The notes under the pieces were generated by a model. It worked only from the letters and a program-made list of their open reading frames with translations, was not told the DNA's origin and ran no database searches. This document shows positions 26,131-33,771 of a DNA stretch of 40,949 bases, piece after piece; position 1 is the stretch's first letter, and each line of letters starts with the position of its first letter. Made by a program: the position numbers and the translations under genes. Source of the DNA: Candidatus Woesearchaeota archaeon (GTDB lineage Archaea; Nanobdellota; Nanobdellia; Pacearchaeales; GW2011-AR1); NCBI GenBank assembly GCA_964544725.1, contig CAZJDG010000004.1:1-40949 (forward strand), given 5' to 3'.

Positions 26131-26544
26131 TTATTCATTGTCTTTTACTAATAATTTAATTAATAATTTGTAAAGTTCATCTGATTGATTATCAAGATTG
26201 TTGTCTTTTAGACTCCAAATTGCAATTACTTTAATAGCTCCCTCTGTTCCTAAACACACTTCTTGAGAAAAAGCTGGTGGGCAGGTTTTAATAATAGCCA
26301 ATAAAACATCGGCAAGACGAATATCTCTACCGTGAATCTCAATTTTTCTTATACCAAGCTCTTTATAAACAATACCAAAACCTTTATGATGATATTCGGC
26401 AACAAATCCCAATGGAGACCTACTAATCATTCTTACAATTAATCCATTGCTTACTCCTTCGCCAGAAAAATAACAACCTTCTTTCAACTCCATTATTTCA
26501 GGATTAGCTTCTTGTATTACTTTTTTTAGTTTGTCTATGTTCAT
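26131..26544 (-). CDS. Hypothetical protein, paralog A of 38749..39201
   Basis: Shares MNI(D/Q)KLKKVIQEANPEIMELK and IRLADVLLA with the 38749 copy. About 55 nt at the 5' end are nearly identical at the DNA level. Confidence 0.6.
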   Translation of the reverse strand: MNIDKLKKVIQEANPEIMELKEGCYFSGEGVSNGLIVRMISRSPLGFVAEYHHKGFGIVYKELGIRKIEIHGRDIRLADVLLAIIKTCPPAFSQEVCLGTEGAIKVIAIWSLKDNNLDNQSDELYKLLIKLLVKDNE

Positions 26545-26546
26545 AT

Positions 26547-26717
26547 TTATTTAGATAAGATTTTAATTTCTATTTTGGCAACTTCTCCTCCCCACATTTT
26601 TTGAGCCATTGTTGCTTGTTTTTTAAACCAATAAATTGGAAGTTGCTTTCCGATTGTTAATGGATACCCATCTTTCCTTTTTGTTTTTATTGCCCACGCT
26701 ATTATTTTTTTACCCAT
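26547..26717 (-). CDS. 56-aa ORF (MGKK...LSK), not in the track
   Basis: My translation. Fills the gap upstream of paralog A; its start (TATATGGGTAAAAAA) and end (LSK-stop) are shared with 39204..39320. Confidence 0.4.
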   Translation of the reverse strand: MGKKIIAWAIKTKRKDGYPLTIGKQLPIYWFKKQATMAQKMWGGEVAKIEIKILSK

Positions 26718-26723
26718 ATATAT

Positions 26724-26966
26724 TTAGTTAGATTTTACTTTTTCCAAATCATATTCTTTTTCCCAATAATCTAAATCTGCCTTATAAACCCTAACTTTAT
26801 GATGAATGCGACAATAATGTTCTGATTTATTATTTTTTAAAATCTTTTCATTCCTGCCATAGATAATTTTACATTTTTGACACTTCCAAAGGAAATCATT
26901 TTGTATTATAATTTCTTCTTTTCTTTCTTTCTCTGGTGGTCTTCTTCTTAATATTTTATATTTCAT
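26724..26966 (-). CDS. Zinc-ribbon-like small protein
   Basis: CQKC...CRIH. Confidence 0.5.
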   Translation of the reverse strand: MKYKILRRRPPEKERKEEIIIQNDFLWKCQKCKIIYGRNEKILKNNKSEHYCRIHHKVRVYKADLDYWEKEYDLEKVKSN

Positions 26967-27005
26967 AATAAATTTAATGTCGCAAAATTAAGTTTGTGAG
27001 ACCTA

Positions 27006-27281
27006 TCACACAAAAACTCTATAATTCTTATTTTTAATATCCTCTTCACTCAAATAAGTAGGGTTTTCTAAATCACTATGGAAATCAATCATTCTTGTTT
27101 CTATTAAAGAAGCTTCATTAGACTTTTCTTCATCTCTTGCTTCTTTTTTTGTCATTCCGCAATTCAAACAATATCTATGCCCTTTATCTTGAGCATATTG
27201 AGTTTTAAAAATATGCTTTGGTAATTTTCTACCCCAAGAAGAGCATACTCCAATATTTATATAAACTTTATATTTACTCAT
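27006..27281 (-). CDS. Small protein with a CLNC pair
   Basis: 91 aa. Shares the upstream leader GCGACATTAAATT with 26724..26966. Confidence 0.5.
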   Translation of the reverse strand: MSKYKVYINIGVCSSWGRKLPKHIFKTQYAQDKGHRYCLNCGMTKKEARDEEKSNEASLIETRMIDFHSDLENPTYLSEEDIKNKNYRVFV

Positions 27282-27330
27282 AATTTAATGTCGCTTTTTG
27301 TCTAATAGTGTAAGCATAATTGTTATTTAT

Positions 27331-27528
27331 TTAGGTTAATTTTAATTCTTTATGCTCTTTATCAATTTCATTTCCAATCATATCTGATACTATTCTTGAT
27401 AATTTTTCTTTAGAAATCTGAAATTCACAACTCGAACTACTACAAAAAATTAAATCACTACCTTTTTGAAATTCTAAATCTTTATTGCATTTTGGACATT
27501 TATTGTTTTTTAAATTGAACCATCTCAT
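27331..27528 (-). CDS. Zinc-ribbon protein
   Basis: CPKCNK...CSSSSC. Confidence 0.5.
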   Translation of the reverse strand: MRWFNLKNNKCPKCNKDLEFQKGSDLIFCSSSSCEFQISKEKLSRIVSDMIGNEIDKEHKELKLT

Positions 27529-27598
27529 ACTTTCTTTTTCTTTTTACGTTGTTTTCTCGTTTCATACCTATGCTCTTTCCTACGCTTTTTTTTAGAAC

Positions 27599-27910
27599 TC
27601 ATTGCTTTAAGTCTTCTATTAATTCATAAGGAAATTTAGTTAATAAAATACTAAAATCTTGCAAACTACATTTCTCTTCTGACCCTTTTTCTATCAACCA
27701 ACAATCTGCTATTCTTGTTTCCTTATCAATAGATATACTCCCTAATACATTTTCTCTCAACCAAAAACCAAAATAATCTTCTGTCGGTGTAATCAGCATC
27801 CAACCATTCTCTGCTGAACCACTAAAAATAAAACCATTTTCATTGTATAAAATCGCCTGAATCGGTGAAGCTATTAATAAAAGTAAAATTGTAATTATTA
27901 TTTTTTTCAT
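27599..27910 (-). CDS. Small secreted protein
   Basis: Signal-peptide-like MKKIIITILLLLIASPIQA. Confidence 0.55.
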   Translation of the reverse strand: MKKIIITILLLLIASPIQAILYNENGFIFSGSAENGWMLITPTEDYFGFWLRENVLGSISIDKETRIADCWLIEKGSEEKCSLQDFSILLTKFPYELIEDLKQ

Positions 27911-27925
27911 ATTGTATATATTTAA

Positions 27926-28027
27926 TGGCTTAGGGCTAACAAGAAGGCACCTTTAAGGAATTGCACCTACTGGCAGAACCTTCCTTGTTAGCAGAATTTG
28001 AATTAACCCTCTGCCAGCCCTAAACCA
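27926..28027 (-). ncRNA. Structured intergenic element related to the tRNA-like element, pseudoknot-capable
   Basis: A 12-bp closing helix (27926..27937 with 28016..28027) has a G-U wobble only on the minus-strand reading. Helices 27970..27977/28010..28017 and 27935..27947/27979..27992 interleave. Shares TAAGGAWTTGCACCT and CTTAGGG with 34983..35009. Confidence 0.4.
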
Positions 28028-28046
28028 TTATTTATTATTATATTCT

Positions 28047-28448
28047 TTATTTTAATATCTTTTTTATTTTAGGGAGCATCTCTTCTAAAAGTTCATTTTC
28101 CATACTTCTTGATGTTTCTAAGCCGTGCCTTTCAATCCATTCATCTAAAATCTCCCACAACTTAACTTTTAATTCTTTTTCTTCTTTATCCATAATTGGT
28201 TCATAAGTCATCTCAAAAATGTCTGATTTACAGGGATAAAATTCTCCTTTAATACCTTTAATAATCCAGTCACCAGCTTGAACGTGCATTTTACCCTCTA
28301 AAGTATCAATATACCCCCAACTCATATCTCTTGGTTCCACTTTTCCCCTTTCCCAAGAAATAACGCATTCTGGCCAAGGCTTATCTTGAGGATTAAATTG
28401 TATAGCTTCAATCACTATTGGTTTCTTTTTAAATTTTTGCCATTTCAT
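28047..28448 (-). CDS. Conserved phage protein of unknown function
   Basis: KKPIVIEAIQF...GDWIIKG..GEFYPCKSDIFEMTYE is a pattern I recognise from many phage hypothetical proteins. Confidence 0.55.
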   Translation of the reverse strand: MKWQKFKKKPIVIEAIQFNPQDKPWPECVISWERGKVEPRDMSWGYIDTLEGKMHVQAGDWIIKGIKGEFYPCKSDIFEMTYEPIMDKEEKELKVKLWEILDEWIERHGLETSRSMENELLEEMLPKIKKILK

Positions 28449-28452
28449 ATAT

Positions 28453-28785
28453 TTAATCTTTATTTAAGTTATTGGATTTAGGTTTTCTGTCCCAACTTAT
28501 AAGGAGATGGAATCTATTATTATATATTCTTCTTGTAGCACCTCTCTCAAACACTTTTCTTATCTCAATATCTACATTATCAAGCATTATTCCGACAAAT
28601 CCACGCTTTTTGCTAATGTGATGTGTTCTTGTTTCTAATCCAATTTCATTTAAAGCTTTTAATAAAGGTATCGCAATTTTATCTGCCACAAATTTCCCCG
28701 AACCAAAATCAACCATTTCTTGTTCTTCTGTTATTTCGCGATGATGATTGCAAAATTTATATTTTTTTGTTCCTTTCTTACTCAT
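28453..28785 (-). CDS. Hypothetical protein
   Basis: 110 aa, tightly packed in the operon. Confidence 0.5.
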   Translation of the reverse strand: MSKKGTKKYKFCNHHREITEEQEMVDFGSGKFVADKIAIPLLKALNEIGLETRTHHISKKRGFVGIMLDNVDIEIRKVFERGATRRIYNNRFHLLISWDRKPKSNNLNKD

Positions 28786-28805
28786 TATAATCTCTTATTC
28801 TTTAT

Positions 28806-29096
28806 TCATCTTATCCTCACTTCTTCTTTTACATAACAAGTCACTTCATCTCTATCTTGTTGACAATAAACTGCATCTTCTACTTCATATCTTGCCCAAT
28901 AAAGACAGGTATGAGAATAATAAGCACCATCCTCCCCATCAATGTATTCCTTATATACTCTTTTACAAAACTCTATTCTTTCTTGAGTTTCATACATTGG
29001 CATATTGTTCCAAATCCATTGCCCTAAAAAGAAAATCGCTATTAAAAAAGTAATTACTATCAACTTATTTTGTGATTTTTGATTTTTAACTGTCAT
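28806..29096 (-). CDS. N-terminally anchored, Cys-containing small protein
   Basis: TM segment LIVITFLIAIFFLGQWIW followed by a domain with four Cys. Confidence 0.5.
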   Translation of the reverse strand: MTVKNQKSQNKLIVITFLIAIFFLGQWIWNNMPMYETQERIEFCKRVYKEYIDGEDGAYYSHTCLYWARYEVEDAVYCQQDRDEVTCYVKEEVRIR

Positions 29097-29293
29097 AATC
29101 GTTTAAAAACTTCTTCAAACTTTTTAATTATTTTATTTCGACATTTTGTTTTTAATCTTTTATATACCAATTTAGCATCAGCATCTCCATGAGTTTTACA
29201 ACGGAACAATATCATTCCTAATTCATTAAGGCCGAAAACCAACTGACATTCTTTTTTAAGTTTTGTTTTTTCTTCTTTGTTTTTAATGCTCAT
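29093..29293 (-). CDS. Hypothetical protein
   Basis: 66 aa; ATGA-type overlap with the downstream gene. Confidence 0.45.
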   Translation of the reverse strand: MSIKNKEEKTKLKKECQLVFGLNELGMILFRCKTHGDADAKLVYKRLKTKCRNKIIKKFEEVFKRL

Positions 29294-29294
29294 A

Positions 29295-29564
29295 TTAAAT
29301 TTTCACATCTCCAAAGCTCTTAGGCGTTTCTTTAAGTCCGCCAGTATTTGTTTTAATTATTCCCTTTTTTTTCTTATCAAGAATTTCTATTTGTTCAATA
29401 TCAATAGATGCTCCATCTGGCATCTTACCTTTCTTAGTAGCTTTTGGTTTTACCTGAATTTGAATACAACCATTTAAGTATTCTATCCTCGCAACAGCAA
29501 TTCCAGTAAAACCAGTTACTTTATCTCTGACTCTTTGCCCTAATTTAACGTTTGGTATTTGCAT
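29295..29564 (-). CDS. Conserved phage protein of unknown function
   Basis: VRDKVTGFTGIAVARIEYLNGCIQIQV is a pattern common in phage hypothetical proteins. Confidence 0.5.
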   Translation of the reverse strand: MQIPNVKLGQRVRDKVTGFTGIAVARIEYLNGCIQIQVKPKATKKGKMPDGASIDIEQIEILDKKKKGIIKTNTGGLKETPKSFGDVKI

Positions 29565-29757
29565 ATTTTCTTAATTTTCTTATTAAACTAATTATAAAAT
29601 TTATTATCCAGTCTAAAACAATATACATTGAAAGCATTGTTCCTATCACACCAGTAATCAAAAATGCTTCATCTGGAATTGGTTTGTAATAACCATATTT
29701 AATAATGACCAATCCCATAAATAATACAATCATCACCATTGCTAAAATATACATCAT
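29545..29757 (-). CDS. Small multi-TM membrane protein
   Basis: 70 aa, almost entirely hydrophobic helices. Confidence 0.5.
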   Translation of the reverse strand: MMYILAMVMIVLFMGLVIIKYGYYKPIPDEAFLITGVIGTMLSMYIVLDWIINFIISLIRKLRKYANTKR

Positions 29758-29985
29758 TTAAACATTCAATTTTTTACTCAAGTCTGCAAGATTTTTTTCT
29801 ACATCTCTTTTTTGTTTCAACCATTTATTTCTCTGTCTTACTTTATAAATCCATTTAGTCGTTCCCCGCACTAAAGCTTTCTCTCCAAATTTTCTTATCA
29901 GAGGCCTTAAAGCTCTTTCTATCACTCTGTATTCTCTCTCAGCAACTCTTTTATTTATTTCTGATTTTGTAAATTTCTTAACCAT
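29758..29985 (-). CDS. Basic hypothetical protein
   Basis: 75 aa, K/R-rich. Confidence 0.5.
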   Translation of the reverse strand: MVKKFTKSEINKRVAEREYRVIERALRPLIRKFGEKALVRGTTKWIYKVRQRNKWLKQKRDVEKNLADLSKKLNV

Positions 29986-30002
29986 AATTTTACTGAATTA
30001 AA

Positions 30003-30152
30003 TTAGTCACTACTAAAAGCCCAAAAAAAACACAGCAAAGCTGTAAACACACCAACTGCTGGAAGAAGACTTGCTTCTTTAGTATAAGCCAACAATATAA
30101 TACCTCCAATCCACAATCCTGTTAAAAAATCTAATAATTTTATTGTTCTCAT
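30003..30152 (-). CDS. 49-aa two-TM membrane protein, not in the track
   Basis: My translation is MRTIKLLDFLTGLWIGGIILLAYTKEASLLPAVGVFTALLCFFWAFSSD. It fills an otherwise empty 198-nt gap. Confidence 0.4.
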   Translation of the reverse strand: MRTIKLLDFLTGLWIGGIILLAYTKEASLLPAVGVFTALLCFFWAFSSD

Positions 30153-30183
30153 AGGTCTTTAAAATATTTAATTAATAATTTTT

Positions 30184-30687
30184 TTACTCATCTTTGTCTT
30201 TAGGAGCCTCTAATAAACTAATATCACTAACTTCACCTTTAAGAATTCTTGGCAACATTTTCTCTTTAAACATCTGCCAAACATTCCCAACTCCCTTTCC
30301 TTTACCTAAAGCAATATGAGGCATAAACTCCTGCTCAAATTCAATTAAACCCGTATCAATGGCTTCAAATTTAGTTTTTAGATACCAATAAAAGATTCTG
30401 TATGCCTGATTTTTTCTTCTATCTTCTTCAGGCACATTTGGAATAATAATCCTAACAGGCACGGTTCCTCCAACTCCACTTGATAAAGTGATTGGTTTAA
30501 AAAATTCAAGCATTATTGCAGATGTATTTTCCTGCATTTCCATACCACCTCTCACAGCAGTCTCATAAGAAATATTAGTAAAGCGTGTTTCTTTAATTCC
30601 TTTTTCTTCTAACAATCTCATTATCTGAGCTTGAGATTTAGCCCAGTTAATGCTTGTATTTTTGTATGATTTTACATTTGTAAACAT
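30184..30687 (-). CDS. Hypothetical protein
   Basis: 167 aa; no motif recognised. Confidence 0.55.
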   Translation of the reverse strand: MFTNVKSYKNTSINWAKSQAQIMRLLEEKGIKETRFTNISYETAVRGGMEMQENTSAIMLEFFKPITLSSGVGGTVPVRIIIPNVPEEDRRKNQAYRIFYWYLKTKFEAIDTGLIEFEQEFMPHIALGKGKGVGNVWQMFKEKMLPRILKGEVSDISLLEAPKDKDE

Positions 30688-30693
30688 AATTTT

Positions 30694-31056
30694 TTATCCT
30701 TTACGAAACTCTTTTGCTTTAGGACAATCAGCAAAATGAGATGTCAGGTCTAAACAAACTGGCATCATACTTCCTTTCTTTGTAGGAAGAAACAAAATAT
30801 CTTTCTCACAACTTTTACACTTTGAAAATTTAATACCCATCTTTCCTAATTTCTCTCTAATAACACCTTCAAATAATTTTAATTTTTTCAATGGATGACC
30901 ATCTTCTCCAAACTCTACTCCTTGAAGCATCATCTCAATATAACTTAACATTACCATTGCTTGTCCTCTTTCTTTGCATTGTTTTTTAGGAAATTGACCA
31001 TCTAAAATATCAGCCATTGTATTCCAGTATTTACTTGTTTTTCTATTATCAACCAT
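30694..31056 (-). CDS. Hypothetical Cys-containing protein
   Basis: CKSCEKD...C...CPK. Confidence 0.5.
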   Translation of the reverse strand: MVDNRKTSKYWNTMADILDGQFPKKQCKERGQAMVMLSYIEMMLQGVEFGEDGHPLKKLKLFEGVIREKLGKMGIKFSKCKSCEKDILFLPTKKGSMMPVCLDLTSHFADCPKAKEFRKG

Positions 31057-31061
31057 AAATT

Positions 31062-31253
31062 TTATTCCTTAAAAAGTAATCCTTGATTTTCATTTATTAA
31101 TTCTTTTCTTCTACACTTAGTGCAAAATCCACCCTCTGCTCTACCATATTTAAAAGTAAAGCGCTTCTTTTCACAACCCTCACAGGTATAAATATGGATT
31201 TTGCGCCATTGTATCCTATTCTTCCTTATGAATTTTTTTATTCCTTCAAACAT
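31062..31253 (-). CDS. Zinc-ribbon protein
   Basis: CEGCEKK...CTKCRRK. Confidence 0.5.
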   Translation of the reverse strand: MFEGIKKFIRKNRIQWRKIHIYTCEGCEKKRFTFKYGRAEGGFCTKCRRKELINENQGLLFKE

Positions 31254-31377
31254 ATTCGACCTTTTTATCTCTTACTTCTCGAAGTCTTTTGCAATATTCA
31301 TCATACGCTTTCTCGTAAATGCAAAACCATTTTTGTTTTTGTTCATTTTTTTCATTCCAGTAAGTCACACAATACAT
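31246..31377 (-). CDS. 43-aa ORF, not in the track
   Basis: My translation is MYCVTYWNEKNEQKQKWFCIYEKAYDEYCKRLREVRDKKVEYV. Overlaps the next start by 8 nt. Confidence 0.3.
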   Translation of the reverse strand: MYCVTYWNEKNEQKQKWFCIYEKAYDEYCKRLREVRDKKVEYV

Positions 31378-31414
31378 ATATTAGCCCTTTTCACAAATTT
31401 AATTCTTGGATTTT

Positions 31415-31897
31415 TCATACTAATTTCTTTTGTATTTTCTCTGCATACTTTTCATTTTTAACAACCATTTCCTCACCGAGCTTTTGCAACTCAGCAATCT
31501 TAACTATGTTTACTCCGTTTCTAATACTAAAATTAATCATCTCAATTAAACCCCTCTTATTCATAATTGTTTTCTTAATTCTCTCAGGATTAAAAAGATA
31601 AAAATAACCACTACTCTTGATATACATTAAAATCTTTTTTCTTCTCATTATTGCTCTATTCCAAACAATTTTGTGAACTGAAACTACATCACCATAAATA
31701 TACTTTTTAGCAACAATAATAAATTCTTTGCTATCTAAACCTATTGTTCCATAACCGTCTCTTACCCAAGAAGCATCAACAATCTCTGGAATGCCATCAA
31801 GACCTCTTCTAAGCCCAGAATAAACTCTCATTGCTTCATCTAATAAACCACTTCTGCTCTTTTTAAATTTTTTGTTCTCTAATTTGTTTTTCCACAT
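31415..31897 (-). CDS. Hypothetical protein
   Basis: 160 aa; no motif recognised. Confidence 0.5.
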   Translation of the reverse strand: MWKNKLENKKFKKSRSGLLDEAMRVYSGLRRGLDGIPEIVDASWVRDGYGTIGLDSKEFIIVAKKYIYGDVVSVHKIVWNRAIMRRKKILMYIKSSGYFYLFNPERIKKTIMNKRGLIEMINFSIRNGVNIVKIAELQKLGEEMVVKNEKYAEKIQKKLV

Positions 31898-31900
31898 ACT

Positions 31901-32194
31901 TCAGGCAATAAGTTTTTTCTTCTTTCTTTCCCAATACTCTTTTGCTTTTTTTCTAAGTTTCTTTCTGTTTTTCTCACGATACCTATTCATATAATTCTTA
32001 AACTTCTCTGGATGCCTTTTCTGCCATTTCATATTGTGTCTAATCATTTTCCGTCTAAAATCTTTATGGTCAACTATCCATCTAATAAGAGTATTTGAGA
32101 CTTCATACTCTTCTGCTAATAACTTTGTGCTTTGATAAGTCCCATCATACTTTCTTTTGATTACTAACTTTTGTCTTTTGGTTAATTTGCTCAT
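31901..32194 (-). CDS. Small HTH protein (sigma region 4-like or terS-like HTH)
   Basis: LTKRQKLVIKRKYDGTYQSTKLLAEEYEVSNTLIRWIV. Confidence 0.45.
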   Translation of the reverse strand: MSKLTKRQKLVIKRKYDGTYQSTKLLAEEYEVSNTLIRWIVDHKDFRRKMIRHNMKWQKRHPEKFKNYMNRYREKNRKKLRKKAKEYWERKKKKLIA

Positions 32195-32588
32195 ATAAAA
32201 ATTCGTTTAACTTTCTAACCTGCTCTTCATACCAAGCTTTTGTCTTATATGAAGGAGGCTGTTTCGTCTTTGCTCTCTTTTCGAGGGATTGATACCACTT
32301 CTCTCCTCTTTTTTTTCTAATAACCGCGTGAATAAAAGGGTCTGAATACTGATGATGCATCATATGATAGTGATAAGTAATAGGAACTCCATTATCTATG
32401 TCAAATTTCAAGTGTCCATATCTTCCTTTTGGAAAATAGTGATGCCTATTGGTCCTTTTTTTCTTCTGTCCAAAAGCAGGAGAAACTTCACACCACACAC
32501 CCCATTTCTTGTCAACCGCCAATCTCCATAATCTTATCGCCTCTTTCTCAAGCTCCTTTTTTGTTCTCTTTTCCTTTGCAATACTCAT
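32145..32588 (-). CDS. Hypothetical protein with a His-rich putative metal/nuclease motif
   Basis: NRHHYFPKG...DNGVPITYHYHMMHH. Any NinG/HNH-like relationship is only a guess. Confidence 0.35.
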   Translation of the reverse strand: MSIAKEKRTKKELEKEAIRLWRLAVDKKWGVWCEVSPAFGQKKKRTNRHHYFPKGRYGHLKFDIDNGVPITYHYHMMHHQYSDPFIHAVIRKKRGEKWYQSLEKRAKTKQPPSYKTKAWYEEQVRKLNEFLYEQINQKTKVSNQKKV

Positions 32589-33057
32589 AAACTTCGTTCA
32601 AATTCATCTCTTTCTCACACTTTACACACCTTAATTTTGAATGAATGCACTCGCCTTCTTTTTTAATCTCTTCTTCTCCTTGTGATTTTTCAATCAAAAA
32701 TTTTTGAGAAAGCTTATACCAACTGATATTTTTTCCTCCAGGCAAAACTTCTTGCACTTTTTCAAACTCTTTAAATTTATATTTATTATAGAATTGAACA
32801 CACTTATAAACGTGAGACAAAGACATATTCAAATCTTCTGCTATTATTCTCATTACGCCCTCACCATAACCTGCTTTTCCAAATCTCAATTCCTCTTCTG
32901 ATATTCTTTTTCCTAATTCCCATTTACCTTTAATCAACTCCATTGCAGAAATAAACATTGATTCAACTTTTATCGCTTGGCATTCTTCAATAAAATGTTG
33001 ATAAAATTCCTCTTTTCTAACTTCTACTGTAATTTTTTTCTTTTCAATTTCTGTCAT
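32548..33057 (-). CDS. Hypothetical protein
   Basis: 169 aa with a C-terminal C..H...CVKC cluster. Confidence 0.5.
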   Translation of the reverse strand: MTEIEKKKITVEVRKEEFYQHFIEECQAIKVESMFISAMELIKGKWELGKRISEEELRFGKAGYGEGVMRIIAEDLNMSLSHVYKCVQFYNKYKFKEFEKVQEVLPGGKNISWYKLSQKFLIEKSQGEEEIKKEGECIHSKLRCVKCEKEMNLNEVYEYCKGKENKKGA

Positions 33058-33305
33058 AAATTTAAGTTTGTTTCTAAAATAAAAGGAATAGGATAAACAT
33101 TGCTCCTACTCCTTTCTTCGAATATTTTTTTTAATTCAAAATTATTTGCATTTCTACAATCAACAGGAGGTTCTCTTCCTGCAATTAAAAACCCAACTTT
33201 ATAACCACCTCTAACGCTATCGAGTAAGCTGTAAACAGGATTATGACAATGATATTCATTCCAATCTCTTTTACTTATAAATTTTACAACCCAAATAAAT
33301 TTCAT
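33054..33305 (-). CDS. Hypothetical protein
   Basis: 83 aa; ATGA overlaps on both sides. Confidence 0.5.
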   Translation of the reverse strand: MKFIWVVKFISKRDWNEYHCHNPVYSLLDSVRGGYKVGFLIAGREPPVDCRNANNFELKKIFEERSRSNVYPIPFILETNLNL

Positions 33306-33616
33306 TGCAATAATTTTGTTTTACTTTTTTCGACTTTCTCTAAATAAATTTTGTGAATTATTTCCTCTCCTTCAGTCAATTCAATCTTTTCTATGCAACT
33401 ATACCATCTCTCTTCAGGAACAATTGAAACAATATCTGATGTGCCTATAAGAACTTTTATTTGTTTATCAGATTCGGTAATTGGTATTATCACAAATTTC
33501 CTTCCTGGATTCTCAACTAATCCAACCATCAAATTTTCAGCTTCAATTCTTGTTAGATAAATCAGTTCTTTCTTATTCCTTATTTGTAGTTCGTAATAAT
33601 AATTCTTGATTTTCAT
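33302..33616 (-). CDS. Hypothetical protein
   Basis: Start taken at ATG 33616 (MKIKNYYYELQ); the track uses an upstream TTG at 33640. Confidence 0.5.
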   Translation of the reverse strand: MKIKNYYYELQIRNKKELIYLTRIEAENLMVGLVENPGRKFVIIPITESDKQIKVLIGTSDIVSIVPEERWYSCIEKIELTEGEEIIHKIYLEKVEKSKTKLLQ

Positions 33617-33769
33617 TTTTTTTGAATTATTTTCAAACAATCTCGTAAGACTTTATTTAATCTAATACATTCTTTTACTAATTGTTCTCTTGTCCATAAG
33701 GCAAAAAACCCTCTGTTATATTTTTTCTTTTTTGTTTTTTTCTTCATAATAATAGTTCTTTATTTTCAT
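33593..33769. repeat. 24-nt direct repeat (21/24 identical) 153 nt apart, duplicating the start MKIKNYYY
   Basis: 33593..33616 and 33746..33769. The upstream copy opens only a 17-codon stub, and the 44-aa basic ORF lies between the copies. Confidence 0.6.
33613..33747 (-). CDS. 44-aa basic ORF, not in the track
   Basis: My translation is MKKKTKKKKYNRGFFALWTREQLVKECIRLNKVLRDCLKIIQKK. ATGA-coupled to 33302..33616 and lies between two copies of the MKIKNYYYE start. Confidence 0.35.
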   Translation of the reverse strand: MKKKTKKKKYNRGFFALWTREQLVKECIRLNKVLRDCLKIIQKK

Positions 33770-33771
33770 AT

